A stretch of 64,000 nt of DNA, from positions 64,001-128,000 of the forward strand of contig CAWBEI010000005.1 in NCBI GenBank assembly GCA_963787835.1, read 5' to 3'. The notes under the pieces were generated by a model. The model saw only the letters and a list, made by a program, of their open reading frames with translations, was not told the origin of the DNA and did no database searches. Both the position numbers and the translations under genes were made by a program. Below are positions 10,828 through 21,286 of the stretch, piece by piece. Source of the DNA: Ignavibacteriota bacterium (GTDB lineage: Bacteria > Bacteroidota > Ignavibacteria > Palsa-1295). The first letter of the stretch is position 1. Every line of letters starts with the position of its first letter.

Positions 10828-11895
10828 ATGAATCGAAGCTCCGTCCTCCCTTTTATTTTCGCAGCACTTTTAATAATGTATTCCAGGTCAGCGATCTCCC
10901 AGATCTCGATCGATAGTGCTGCATACAGCGCCGCTGCTTCTAAACAATACGATGGAATTGTGGTTTATTCGAAGCATGCATCACTTTTTTCAAGCATTCT
11001 CTCGCAGGACGGAGCAGATCGAACGTGGAATTTCGACATCGACACGTTTGTACAGAACGGGGTGGATCCGATCGGTCAGTATCTGAAATATCCGGTATCC
11101 GGTGTTCCGTTCGAAAATGATTCCAATCTTCCATCCTCGACCAATATTATCAAAGAGGTATTGCCTGGTTATGCCGATACAATGTATGAATTCATTCAAT
11201 TGACTGGCGGTGGTGTTTGGTACGTTGCCGATGTTGATATTTCCAGCGGGGTTGCGACGTTGGGAACCGTTGACGATCCGCCCAGGCAGGAACTTCAATT
11301 TCCACTCACATACAGTTCGGCATGGTACAGCACCTACACGGCATACAACAGTAGTAGCGGCGGATGGGAAGTCCATTCGGTTTACGACACTGTAGATGGC
11401 TGGGGAATGCTGCTAACTTCCCCGAATGTCAGTACGCCTGCACTACGTGTTCGACAATCCGACAGCGTGGTTTTCTCTAATGATTTTTCGAGCGGGACGA
11501 GCTATACCATCCGGTTCGTAACTTTGACGGGAATCCAGACACAGATCAATTATGATTCAACAGTCATTTATAGCGTAAGCTCGAACGCTTCAAATTTAGA
11601 TGGAGTGGCACAGCAAACAACATCTCCGACCGAAGGCATCGGCCTCGCATTCTCAAGCAACCCTTCAACGGCAGGTGGAACAACGCTGTTCTACATGCTT
11701 CCGGAGGCGGCCAACGTGCAAATTTCTATCATGGATCTTTTAGGCAGGACAGTGACAACATTTCCGGCCATAAATGCAGTAGCCGGGAAAAACTCGGTCG
11801 TAATTCCTCCCGGAATCCTGTCGGCCGGTTCCTACTTCGTTAGTGTGCGTTGCGGCAGTCAGATGGCCGTGAAAAAGCTTATAGCTACCGAGTAG
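10828..11895 (+). CDS. Secreted protein with T9SS-like C-terminal domain
   Basis: Signal peptide; SNPS..IMDLLGRTV..LSAGSYFV..KKLI. Confidence 0.75.
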   Translation: MNRSSVLPFIFAALLIMYSRSAISQISIDSAAYSAAASKQYDGIVVYSKHASLFSSILSQDGADRTWNFDIDTFVQNGVDPIGQYLKYPVSGVPFENDSNLPSSTNIIKEVLPGYADTMYEFIQLTGGGVWYVADVDISSGVATLGTVDDPPRQELQFPLTYSSAWYSTYTAYNSSSGGWEVHSVYDTVDGWGMLLTSPNVSTPALRVRQSDSVVFSNDFSSGTSYTIRFVTLTGIQTQINYDSTVIYSVSSNASNLDGVAQQTTSPTEGIGLAFSSNPSTAGGTTLFYMLPEAANVQISIMDLLGRTVTTFPAINAVAGKNSVVIPPGILSAGSYFVSVRCGSQMAVKKLIATE

Positions 11896-11901
11896 AAGCT
11901 G

Positions 11902-12171
11902 ATGGAACGAATTCATTTTACAGTACGCGGCGAGGTTCACGGCGTGGGCTTTCGATATTTCTGTCAGGTACAAGCCGTGCGAATGGGTCTTACCGGCTTT
12001 GCCAAGAATAGGAGTGACGGCTCCGTTGAGGTAGAAGTGCAAGGCATGCAGGCGGAGATCGAGGAATTTGCACATCTTCTAACCATGGGGCCAAAGCGCG
12101 CACAAGTTAGCAGGATCGAACATGAGGAGCGACCGTTACTATCAGGAGAAACGGCATTTATTATTGGGTGA
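11902..12171 (+). CDS. acyP: Acylphosphatase
   Basis: VRGEVHGVGFR, GFAKNRSDGSVE. Confidence 0.92.
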   Translation: MERIHFTVRGEVHGVGFRYFCQVQAVRMGLTGFAKNRSDGSVEVEVQGMQAEIEEFAHLLTMGPKRAQVSRIEHEERPLLSGETAFIIG

Positions 12172-12172
12172 T

Positions 12173-12904
12173 CTAAAAATTCCTCTGAACGATCGCGTGC
12201 ATCATTGCTCGCCAGGAGTCCCAATTATGTCCAAATTCTTCACCCCAGATATCGACCCAATTTGGAATATCTTTTTGTCCCAGTAACTCACCCATTGCAC
12301 GGCTGGCATTCGGGTTCTCTCCCTCGCCTTGACCAGCGACAAGCAGAACTTTTTGTTTTTGGCGTAGCCAGTTAAGCGCCGGGCCGGTAAGATTCACCAG
12401 ATAATCCTGCGGGGAATTAAAATACACATCGTTATCGTAATAGCCGTGGGTATAAGATTTTAGATCGTAGTTGCCGGAAATACCGATCGTTCCTTCGAAG
12501 AGGTCGGGACGCCGAAGAAAGGAATTGACTGCATGAAGCGCACCCAGCGAAATTCCACAGGTGTAAATAACCGGATGAGAGCTGCGCATATTCTGGGCAA
12601 TGAACGGCACTACCTCTTCCGTGATATACCGATTATATTGTTGGTGGCGGATCGACTGTTGCTTTGGAGGGATCTCGGGGTCCAGCCAGCTTTCGTTATC
12701 AACAGAGCCTATCGTAAACACTTTGATCAGACCGGCATCGACGTAGTGGGCAACAGATTCTACAAGGCCGTGCCGTTCACAGCTTAAGTGATCCTCGCCC
12801 TCGAATGGCAATAAAAGAATTCCCGGCCCATAGTGACCATAGACACAGATCTCCATCTGTTTGGCCAGCGAGGCGCTCCTCCATCCATCGTCGTATCTTT
12901 CCAT
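12173..12904 (-). CDS. Putative esterase (alpha/beta hydrolase)
   Basis: YGHYG, GISLG nucleophile elbow, HNWDSW. Confidence 0.85.
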   Translation of the reverse strand: MERYDDGWRSASLAKQMEICVYGHYGPGILLLPFEGEDHLSCERHGLVESVAHYVDAGLIKVFTIGSVDNESWLDPEIPPKQQSIRHQQYNRYITEEVVPFIAQNMRSSHPVIYTCGISLGALHAVNSFLRRPDLFEGTIGISGNYDLKSYTHGYYDNDVYFNSPQDYLVNLTGPALNWLRQKQKVLLVAGQGEGENPNASRAMGELLGQKDIPNWVDIWGEEFGHNWDSWRAMMHAIVQRNF

Positions 12905-13295
12905 GTTTGCAAAGATACGACAGTTATATCACGTTTGCGCAAGACCTGCAAAAGTGTTTTGGTCGTTTCGTTAAGCTTCTCATGAACAAGGTACTAATTA
13001 ATGAATTGGCCAGTGGTAGCCTCTTCAGAAAAAAAGATGAATGATAATTTTCGAATTTTGGACAGGTATGTAGTTGAAGCCGAATGCCTGAAAATATGAA
13101 GTCAAGAATGTCCCAGCAATTAATGCGAATTAACCCAATATTTCGTTATTTTCGGTCACTTTCTGAATGGTTTTGCGTTACAACTAATGTAGAAAAAGGA
13201 GAAAGACCATGTTCAAGTCAAATACAGGTGAATTTCAACTTTCAACAGTCCGTGATCAACGATCACACTTTTTGCATGATTATTCGACACACACT

Positions 13296-14429
13296 ATGAA
13301 AGCGGCCCATTTATTTGCAGCAATTTTTATGATGGCGGCGTCCCTCACGTTGGCTGGTTGTTACACTCAACTCGCAAATACGGATGGGGGATATGCTTAT
13401 ACCGGCAGGGTCTATCACGCACCGCGCCCACTCTATTCCGATACCGTGAATGCCAAGCCGACAGCGGTACGCTACGATACGACCATGCACGGCGATACCA
13501 TGTTCATCGACGAGCACCCGCTCGAGGCGCCAACCGCTATGGACACCAATTCTTCCGGCGGCGGTGAGGAGATCGTCAATAATTATTATGGTGAACCGAC
13601 CTATTTCGGTGGAGTTGCTATTGGGTTTGGCTGGCCATATCATTCCTGGTACAGCCCGTGGTATCCCTACTTCTACGACTGGGATTATGGCTGGGGGTAT
13701 CCGGGATTTTATCCTCCCTATTACGATGCATATTGGGGTGGTTACCCGTACTTGGGGTTCGGTTTTTATGGTGGATTTGGATGGTATGGTCATGGATATG
13801 GCCGTGGATATTACGGACGCGGTTATTACGGAGGCAGGGGTTATGGGTATGCCTATAACGGCATTGGCCGGCCGACAATTGATGGTCGCGTTGGCGGGGA
13901 CTATCGTTTAGGTGGCATGGGTTCTCTTGGTGAGCGCCCTTCTGGAATTGCAACGGCGGGCAGAGCCTATAACGGATCAGGTATTAGCAGCATGAGATCA
14001 AACGAGACAGCCGTTTCTGCAGATCGAAATGCCCCTGTGCACGTCACTGGGCCCGAAGCCAATAGTGCAATGGCACGGGAAGCTTCTCCTTCCAGTACTG
14101 TTGCTTCGGCCTCACATCCGATCATTGTGCGACGTTCCGATGGACAAACAGTCACCTCTGCAAATGTTGGAGGACGACAGATGACGGTTGTTCGCAGGGG
14201 TAGTAGCTCTAATGGTAACTATGGTGGTTCGCGCAGCTACGGCGGTTCACGCGGATATGGTTCATACGGGCGCGGAGGTGGATACCGCGCATCCGGCGGT
14301 GGGCGTGGATATGGCGGTGGTTATTCCTCCGGCCGGGCATCCTCATCCGGTGGTGGTGGAAGAAGCGGTGGCGGAGGTGGTTCGAGCCATTCTTCAGGCG
14401 GCGGCGGCGGAGGCGGACACGCGCGATAG
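13296..14429 (+). CDS. Gly/Tyr/Trp-rich lipoprotein with low-complexity GR/GS tail
   Basis: Lipobox LAGC after MKAAHLF; aromatic-Gly repeats. Confidence 0.7.
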   Translation: MKAAHLFAAIFMMAASLTLAGCYTQLANTDGGYAYTGRVYHAPRPLYSDTVNAKPTAVRYDTTMHGDTMFIDEHPLEAPTAMDTNSSGGGEEIVNNYYGEPTYFGGVAIGFGWPYHSWYSPWYPYFYDWDYGWGYPGFYPPYYDAYWGGYPYLGFGFYGGFGWYGHGYGRGYYGRGYYGGRGYGYAYNGIGRPTIDGRVGGDYRLGGMGSLGERPSGIATAGRAYNGSGISSMRSNETAVSADRNAPVHVTGPEANSAMAREASPSSTVASASHPIIVRRSDGQTVTSANVGGRQMTVVRRGSSSNGNYGGSRSYGGSRGYGSYGRGGGYRASGGGRGYGGGYSSGRASSSGGGGRSGGGGGSSHSSGGGGGGGHAR

Positions 14430-14500
14430 CGCATCTCGTGTGCATCATGTTGCATTAGCATTTTACCGTCACTATTTTTCATAGTTAACACTCCTCAACT

Positions 14501-16012
14501 ATGTCACGCATAAAATACCTACTTCTCACAGCGATGTTCTTCGCGCCGAGCGTACTCCGCGCACAGATCAATGAGGGCGTTCTGCTTTCCACACAGCCAT
14601 TGCCGAGCGATTCACGCGGTGCTGCCATGGGCGGTAACCTTATTTCCGCAGCGGACGGCATCGACGCACTCGATTACAATCCCGCCGCGCTTGCGCCGAT
14701 CGCGTCGCGTATTTTTACCATCGGGCTTTTTAATCGAGATCACAGCTCGGACGCCCAATTTCTCGGTTCTTCCTCCAATTCCGAATTCGACCAGGCTTCA
14801 CTTTCTTCTGTAGGAATTGCCGCGCCATTTCCAGCATCGCGAGGCCATATCGCGATGGGAATTTCGTTCGACCGCGTCCGGGATTATAATTCGGCCTATA
14901 GCTTCAGTGCGGTCAATCCGAATTCTTCCTACTTCAATACCCAGGGGTTCTTAACGCAGGGCGGATACTTCCCACTCACAGGATTTGGGTACCATAATAA
15001 TAACGAGTATTTAGCGAACAGCAATCTTGCTTATGGTCTTGGGTTGACGTACGGGGTTCCTGATACGGGGGCGTTCTCGCTTTCGACTCCCATTACGAAA
15101 GGGATGCAGCAATCCGGGAATGTTACTACCGAAGGAGGATTGAATGCTGTTCGCATCGGTGGCGGCGTGGATATTGCACCGGGTGTCTCGCTCGGCGCTA
15201 CGCTTAATATCCTCTATGGAACTTATGATTTTATCGAAAACTACACGGAAACGAATGTGAACCATATCTCGACCGATACCGGCTCGGAGCCACCTGCGGG
15301 GTTCCAATCTGCGACGATCACGACCACCTTGCATCAAGACCAGACCGGCGCTTCGATGAAATTCGGACTTCTTGTCGATAAGCAGATCGTGAAATTTGGG
15401 CTTACGGTCGAGACTCCACAATGGATGCACATCAACGAAAATTCCCAGCAGTATGGTACATCCGACTTCGGTGCCAACGGATTCTTTAATTCCGATGGAA
15501 TGGGCGGGTTACCGATCTTTGTCGAACAATACGATATTGTGACTCCAATGAAATTCAGCGCGGGCGGTTCTGTTCATCTTGCTGGGTTCACTGGTTCTGC
15601 AAGCGTAGCCTATCAGAATATGGCACAATTGCAATTTACTAATTCCAATGTCGATATGAGTTCCGAAAATAGTTTTGCAAGCGATTCGTTGCGAGGAGTG
15701 CTCTCCTATCAGATCGGTGCGGAGTATGTGATTCCGGGTATCGGCATCACGGTTCGTGGTGGATACAGCTTCGAGCCATCGCCGTATAAAGGAGACCCAA
15801 CGAATTATGGGATCACCGCTATCTCCGGTGGGTTAGGTTTTGCGCTTACAAAATACGTCGATCTTGAAGCGGCAATTCGGCTTTCGACGTATCATACGTT
15901 CCACACGATCTACAATGATGTCACACCGGACGGTACGCCCGTCAGCGCTATCGTCAACGATGACGCCGTCTCCCGCGACGATATTAGTTTGACGTTGAAT
16001 TATAGGTATTGA
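14501..16012 (+). CDS. Outer-membrane beta-barrel protein (FadL/OmpP1-like)
   Basis: Signal peptide, RGAAMGG..NPAALA, alternating strands, terminal aromatic (YRY). Confidence 0.75.
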   Translation: MSRIKYLLLTAMFFAPSVLRAQINEGVLLSTQPLPSDSRGAAMGGNLISAADGIDALDYNPAALAPIASRIFTIGLFNRDHSSDAQFLGSSSNSEFDQASLSSVGIAAPFPASRGHIAMGISFDRVRDYNSAYSFSAVNPNSSYFNTQGFLTQGGYFPLTGFGYHNNNEYLANSNLAYGLGLTYGVPDTGAFSLSTPITKGMQQSGNVTTEGGLNAVRIGGGVDIAPGVSLGATLNILYGTYDFIENYTETNVNHISTDTGSEPPAGFQSATITTTLHQDQTGASMKFGLLVDKQIVKFGLTVETPQWMHINENSQQYGTSDFGANGFFNSDGMGGLPIFVEQYDIVTPMKFSAGGSVHLAGFTGSASVAYQNMAQLQFTNSNVDMSSENSFASDSLRGVLSYQIGAEYVIPGIGITVRGGYSFEPSPYKGDPTNYGITAISGGLGFALTKYVDLEAAIRLSTYHTFHTIYNDVTPDGTPVSAIVNDDAVSRDDISLTLNYRY

Positions 16013-16021
16013 GAATCGATT

Positions 16022-16429
16022 CTATTGATCGATCAAACTTAAAAAAAACGAGGCGGAAATGACCTGAGTGTGTCCGATCTGTTTCGTCTCGCGAAAATCA
16101 CCGTCCCCGCTAATAAAATATTTTGCATTGGAAGCAAGGCAACACCGAACGAATTTTTCATCCGTTGGATCGCGTGGGAACTCTGCTTGGATGTTCGAAT
16201 CGTCGATGAGTGGCAGAATCGAAAAAATCCGGAACATGTCTTCAAGGACATCGGCGCCTAAATGGAATTTCGGCCGGCAAATTACTTCCTCATATTCTTT
16301 GAGGATCTCATCCGTGACAACTCAATCGTAAGAAGGATTTTCGAGGACAGTGGCAATGACTTTTCGAGGTTTTCCTGCTCGAAGCAGCGAAGATACCACG
16401 ATGTTCGTATCGACAACAACGATGGTCAT
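16022..16429 (-). pseudogene. PIN-domain toxin (TIGR00305-like) with in-frame stop
   Basis: MTIVVVDTNIVVSSLL...YD*VVTDEILKEYEEV...RDPTDEKFV..ISGDGD; TGA at 16322-16324. Confidence 0.8.
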
Positions 16430-16686
16430 TCGCCCCGGCGGTATGCGGCGATTTCTTCGGCGATCTTTGCTTCCGTCAGGGATTGAAAGCCTTCATTGAC
16501 GTCGGCCCGGGCAGCTATGCTTTTGAATAGTTCTGCTGCTCGTTTCTTTTCCTGCCGTCGGCGTTCCTCTATGGATTGTTCCGTTTCGACAACCACGCGC
16601 ACCTTCTCGCCCGGCTTAAACGGAAGCCCACGCAAAACTAACTGTCCGGCGTTTTCGACTGTTGTATGTGTTTGGAATGAATTCAT
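16426..16686 (-). CDS. Putative antitoxin for the PIN toxin
   Basis: LPFKPGEKVRVVV..EEIAAYRR; ATGA overlap with toxin. Confidence 0.7.
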   Translation of the reverse strand: MNSFQTHTTVENAGQLVLRGLPFKPGEKVRVVVETEQSIEERRRQEKKRAAELFKSIAARADVNEGFQSLTEAKIAEEIAAYRRGE

Positions 16687-16726
16687 AAATTAGAATACCC
16701 CACCATGCAAACTAAAGTTCGCCCTG

Positions 16727-16797
16727 TTCAGCGCCAACATTAACAGCGATGCCGTCTCCCGTGACGATATTAGTGTGACGTAGAAATACCGGTATTA
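16727..16797 (+). repeat. Degenerate duplicate of the last ~23 codons of the 14501-16012 gene
   Basis: GCCGTCTCCCGTGACGATATTAGTGTGACG vs GCCGTCTCCCGCGACGATATTAGTTTGACG in 15941-16012. Confidence 0.85.
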
Positions 16798-16822
16798 TTG
16801 CTGCTGTGAACTGTGAGGGAGA

Positions 16823-17113
16823 TTATATTCTTTTTCTCCAATATCCCGGCTTGCGTTTATCGTGTGCGACTGCATCAATTTTGATCGTATCATCTAAGAT
16901 GTGATAGATCAGCGAGTAGGGAAATGAGTGAAATTCCTTCACTCGTTCAGATCCGCGCGTTTTCCTATAACGCTCTGGATGTTTTCCAATTTCGGTGGAA
17001 GCGGCCTCGAATTCTTCAATAAAACGATTCGCTATTAATTTGCTTTCATTAGCATAAAATTCGACGGCCTCGAAGAATTCCGATTGAGCTTCGGGGTGAA
17101 GTGTAACCTTCAC
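16823..17113 (-). CDS. RelE/ParE family toxin
   Basis: HPEAQSEFFEAVEFY..FPYSLIY..AVAHDKRKPGYW. Confidence 0.88.
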   Translation of the reverse strand: MKVTLHPEAQSEFFEAVEFYANESKLIANRFIEEFEAASTEIGKHPERYRKTRGSERVKEFHSFPYSLIYHILDDTIKIDAVAHDKRKPGYWRKRI

Positions 17114-17334
17114 TTTGAAATTCGAGCGCGAGCTTCTTTCAGCACTTCTTCAACGTCAATACCTTCGACAAGTCCAGCATCCCATTCGGCTTGCCTGCGT
17201 TCTGCCTCATCCAGCCAGGCATTCATGATCTCATCTTCCGGAAGACTCTCATAAATACGGTCAATAAGTCTTAGCCGGTCTTCCGGTGGAAGTTCCAGCA
17301 CTTCTTGGATCACACGATTGACGTCTCTACCCAT
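17110..17334 (-). CDS. Addiction-module antitoxin (TIGR02574-like)
   Basis: LELPPEDRLRLIDRIYESL..AWLDEAERR; GTGA overlap with toxin. Confidence 0.85.
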   Translation of the reverse strand: MGRDVNRVIQEVLELPPEDRLRLIDRIYESLPEDEIMNAWLDEAERRQAEWDAGLVEGIDVEEVLKEARARISK

Positions 17335-17430
17335 AATGATTTGAACTTTAGGATGCCGGTATAAGTGCCCCCCCCACCGCTCAAACTAAAGTTCGTTCAT
17401 TGACGGTTCTGCGGCAAACAATCGGTCAAT

Positions 17431-18348
17431 ATGCTCATCCGACTCCTTGTTGGTATCTCGTTGCTCTCGGTCTTGAATGGTTGTGCAGGGATGTTCAACC
17501 AAAATCAAGACCGCGCGGAAGTTTTCGGGCCGAAGGGAATCACGGCGACTGATCCGGATGGAAACCAACTTACGATTCATCACGAGTACGACCAGCAATT
17601 CTTAATGCTGCCTCGTTACGATACCTTTGTGACATTCCATTATGGGACGGCGAGCGAACGGGTATTATTGCAACGCTCGTATTGCTCCAGTACTTTGCTA
17701 GACTACCTTACCTTTTGGGGACTGTATATTGACGATGCACTCGGCACGTGGCGTCAATATGACCCGCTCATCGTTATTCTCGATTCCAATGGCGGTGTAG
17801 ATACTACGCTTCCACTTCCGAGTTTTTGGGAGCACGAAAATCGGCTGAGGCTTCTGCTTTCTTTAGGTTCTGGCATACCAACTGAGGTATATCAACCTCT
17901 TAATACCATCCTTCTCCATGGTGAGTATTCGATTGGATTCGGTATCCAGCATAAGATCGAACTTTATTATAATGCATCTGGCGAGGGTGTGTTTGGAGAA
18001 GGCATCGATTCCGATCGTTCCCTTCCTTCGATTGCTATCCAATCCCCTGTGCTTCGTTATTATCCGTTCGATAACTATTGTTTCTTCGAAGCAGGACCTT
18101 CACTTATCACTGTTACTATGGATAGTGCTTGGTGGAATCCTGGAACCCCTCTTCCAGGCAACCCAGAGTATGTTTCCCAACACTTGACCGGCCTAACTGC
18201 TGGCGTGGGCTGGTGCGGCGATCTCTCGTACTTCGATTTTCGCTATGAGTTCGGTTTTAAGCCCTATCAATTCTTCCAATTGGCACCACAACAGCTCCGG
18301 GAACTTGTATTAACGTTTGGGATGACTTTCAATCTATCAATAAACTGA
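17431..18348 (+). CDS. Hypothetical lipoprotein, paralog 1
   Basis: Lipobox LNGC; collinear similarity with 18350-19258. Confidence 0.7.
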   Translation: MLIRLLVGISLLSVLNGCAGMFNQNQDRAEVFGPKGITATDPDGNQLTIHHEYDQQFLMLPRYDTFVTFHYGTASERVLLQRSYCSSTLLDYLTFWGLYIDDALGTWRQYDPLIVILDSNGGVDTTLPLPSFWEHENRLRLLLSLGSGIPTEVYQPLNTILLHGEYSIGFGIQHKIELYYNASGEGVFGEGIDSDRSLPSIAIQSPVLRYYPFDNYCFFEAGPSLITVTMDSAWWNPGTPLPGNPEYVSQHLTGLTAGVGWCGDLSYFDFRYEFGFKPYQFFQLAPQQLRELVLTFGMTFNLSIN

Positions 18349-18349
18349 G

Positions 18350-19258
18350 ATGTGTATGATTCTAAGACTGTGCATCCTTTGTGTCATGGTCACTCTTTTA
18401 TCCGGTTGCGCCTCACTTTTCAATGAGAACCGAAACCGTGCCGAGGTCATCGGGCCAAATGGAATGACCGCCACCGATCCGAATGGGAACAAGCTTTGGA
18501 TACAGCATGAGTCAGATCGGCAATTCTTGATCCTCCCGCAGTATGATACGTTTGTGACATTCCATTATGGGTACGCGAGTAAGCGGGTGTTATTAAAGCG
18601 TTCGTACTGTCCATATACGGCGCTTGACTATTTCCTTTTCGCTCCGGATTTGTTTATAGATGACGCAAGCGGCGCCTGGCGTCAGTATGACAGTATTCAT
18701 GTTAGCATCGATTCGAACGGGGGCGTGGACACACTCCTCCCGACTCCGAGTTTTTGGGAAAGCGATGACCGTCCAAGAATTCTTCTATCCTTTGGGGTAG
18801 GATATTCGAATGAATCAACACCTTCCTTGTTCCCAGCCTATAACGCGCTTGCGATTGGTCTTAGCTATCGCCACAAATTGGAACTCTATTACAATTCCTC
18901 CGCGGAAGTGTCCAATATCTACGGATTATCCAGTGCCGATACTTCTCCATCCGTGCAAATACAATCGCCGATCTTTCGATTTTACCCTTTGGGTAACTAT
19001 TTCGTCGAGGCTGGGCCATCCTTTCTTACCATTGAAATGGACACGTTTAAAGCCACGAGTAATGCAGATCTCAGTGTCGGGGTACCGATCGCATCGGAAC
19101 ATTTGACTGGAATAACGGCAGGGCTCGGCTGGTGCGGAGATTTTTCCTACGTCGACATTCATTATATATTTGGCTTCAAACCTTATCAATTCTTCAATTT
19201 GCCCGCCCAGCAGTTCCGCGAATTAGTTTTGTCTTTTGGATTGGTTTTTCGGTTATAA
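18350..19258 (+). CDS. Hypothetical lipoprotein, paralog 2
   Basis: Lipobox LSGC; shares YDTFVTFHYG, DSNGGVDT, GWCGD, GFKPYQFF with paralog 1. Confidence 0.7.
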   Translation: MCMILRLCILCVMVTLLSGCASLFNENRNRAEVIGPNGMTATDPNGNKLWIQHESDRQFLILPQYDTFVTFHYGYASKRVLLKRSYCPYTALDYFLFAPDLFIDDASGAWRQYDSIHVSIDSNGGVDTLLPTPSFWESDDRPRILLSFGVGYSNESTPSLFPAYNALAIGLSYRHKLELYYNSSAEVSNIYGLSSADTSPSVQIQSPIFRFYPLGNYFVEAGPSFLTIEMDTFKATSNADLSVGVPIASEHLTGITAGLGWCGDFSYVDIHYIFGFKPYQFFNLPAQQFRELVLSFGLVFRL

Positions 19259-19511
19259 TTATTTCTGTAATAAGAGAATATACGAATTAATGCCTCTTTT
19301 GCCCATTTCCTCGAAACTCTTCACCACCACATCCGGTTATAGGCGCGCTTGCAATAAAAAGGCACCGAAATTGGCTCAAAAACGCCAATTTTAACCTATG
19401 AGCGATCATGCTTGCAAGCGGCTCATTGATAAACATTCGCCTCTGCACTCTTAATTGAAGCGCTAAGAACAAACACTTCGGCACGCCGAAGGATGTGTTC
19501 GCAATGACCCC

Positions 19512-19607
19512 GGACGTGCCCAGCACGTCCCTACGGGAAGTTGCATTCCGAGCGCCCGCATGCGAATGACGATGGAAAAGGACGTGTACAGCACGTCCCT
19601 ACGGGAA
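19512..19607. repeat. Two direct copies of GTAG-type REP (family D)
   Basis: GGACGTG-CCCAG/TACAG-CACGTCCCTACGGGAA at 19512 and 19580; same family as 62277-62362. Confidence 0.8.
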
Positions 19608-19700
19608 TATCAATAATAAATTTTTTAAGCTTGCCGCAACCGATATTGGCTGCGTTGGGCTATTTTACGGTTTTTCGAATTAATTCTTTAGCACTTAACA

Positions 19701-20909
19701 ATGGCAAAAGCTAAATACGAACGTTCTAAGCCGCACGTAAATGTCGGCACGATCGGCCATGTCGATCATGGCAAGACCACGCTCACTGCGGCGATCACGA
19801 TGGCGCTCGCCAAGAAGATGCCGGGCAACGAGGTCCGCACTTTCGATTCTATCGATAATGCTCCGGAAGAGCGCGCTCGTGGAATCACAATAGCAACGGC
19901 ACACGTCGAGTACGAGACGGGGAACCGTCACTACGCGCACGTTGACTGCCCAGGCCACGCTGATTATGTCAAGAACATGATCACGGGTGCCGCGCAGATG
20001 GACGGCGCTATCCTCGTCGTTGCTGCAACGGACGGCCCGATGCCACAGACCCGCGAGCACATCTTGCTTGCACGTCAGGTCGGTGTGCCGCGTATCGTAG
20101 TATTTATGAATAAGGTTGATGCCGCCGACCCTGAGCTTTTGGAACTTGTCGAGCTTGAAATTCGCGAGCTTCTCAGCAAGTACGAATTCCCCGGCGACGA
20201 AATTCCGATCATTCCAGGCTCTGCGCTCAATGCGTTGAACGCCGGCGCCGATCCGGCCGCAGGTGTGGACGATCCACGACTCGCATGCATCTATAATCTT
20301 ATGGATGCCGTCGATAGCTACATCCCGACTCCAGTTCGCGATGTTGATAAGCCATTCCTCATGTCGATCGAGGACGTATTCTCGATCACGGGTCGTGGCA
20401 CGGTGGGAACCGGACGTATCGAGCGCGGTAAAGTTCACATTCAGGATGAAGTGGAAATCATCGGACTCGGTCAGCACAAGAAGTCGGTTGTTACCGGTGT
20501 CGAGATGTTCCGCAAGGAAATGGAAGAAGGACAAGCTGGCGATAACGTTGGTATTCTTCTCCGTGGCGTAGAAAAAACGGATCTGGAGCGCGGTCAGGTT
20601 ATCGCGAAACCGGGTTCGATCACGCCGCACACGAACTTCGATGCGAAAGTCTATGTGCTTTCGAAGGAAGAAGGCGGACGCCACACTCCATTCTTCAATG
20701 GCTATCGCCCGCAGTTCTACTTCCGCACCACGGACGTAACCGGCGTTGCAACATTGCCGGATGGCGTAGAGATGGTCATGCCTGGCGATAGCGTCCAGAT
20801 GAAGATCGAGCTTATTTCGCCGATCGCTATGGAAGAAGGACTCCGTTTCGCTATTCGCGAAGGCGGTCGCACGGTCGGAGCAGGCGTAGTAGATAAGATC
20901 ACGAAGTAA
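19701..20909 (+). CDS. tuf: Elongation factor Tu
   Basis: [36 protein letters not shown]. Confidence 0.99.
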   Translation: MAKAKYERSKPHVNVGTIGHVDHGKTTLTAAITMALAKKMPGNEVRTFDSIDNAPEERARGITIATAHVEYETGNRHYAHVDCPGHADYVKNMITGAAQMDGAILVVAATDGPMPQTREHILLARQVGVPRIVVFMNKVDAADPELLELVELEIRELLSKYEFPGDEIPIIPGSALNALNAGADPAAGVDDPRLACIYNLMDAVDSYIPTPVRDVDKPFLMSIEDVFSITGRGTVGTGRIERGKVHIQDEVEIIGLGQHKKSVVTGVEMFRKEMEEGQAGDNVGILLRGVEKTDLERGQVIAKPGSITPHTNFDAKVYVLSKEEGGRHTPFFNGYRPQFYFRTTDVTGVATLPDGVEMVMPGDSVQMKIELISPIAMEEGLRFAIREGGRTVGAGVVDKITK

Positions 20910-20956
20910 TTTATAAGAAGCGCGCACTTTCAACGGTGCGCGCTTCATTCGTTTTA

Positions 20957-21259
20957 ATGCAGAAGATCCGAATCAAACTGAAATCCTACGATCATAACCT
21001 GATCGATAAGAGCGCGGAAAAGATCATTCGTACCGTGAAGCCGACAGGCTGCGTGGTATCGGGACCGATTCCGCTGCCGACGAAGAAATCCATCTTCACG
21101 GTCAACCGCTCTCCTCACGTAGATAAGAAGAGCCGCGAGCAGTTTGAGATCCGCGCGCACAAGCGCCTGATCGATATTCTGAATTCGAACAGCCGTACCG
21201 TCGATTCGCTGATGAAGCTTGAATTACCGGCCGGTGTAGAAGTAGAAATTAAAGTTTGA
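20957..21259 (+). CDS. rpsJ: 30S ribosomal protein S10
   Basis: [31 protein letters not shown]. Confidence 0.98.
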   Translation: MQKIRIKLKSYDHNLIDKSAEKIIRTVKPTGCVVSGPIPLPTKKSIFTVNRSPHVDKKSREQFEIRAHKRLIDILNSNSRTVDSLMKLELPAGVEVEIKV

Positions 21260-21286
21260 GCGCAAAGCTCCACAATTTTCTCCAGA

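Noticed and set aside
16322-16324. Selenocysteine or genetic-code reassignment at the PIN gene TGA
   Set aside because: TGA terminates many genes here and no SECIS-like context was identified.
19695-20948. 417-aa ORF antisense to tuf
   Set aside because: Shadow ORF expected from codon bias in a highly expressed gene; no recognisable motifs.
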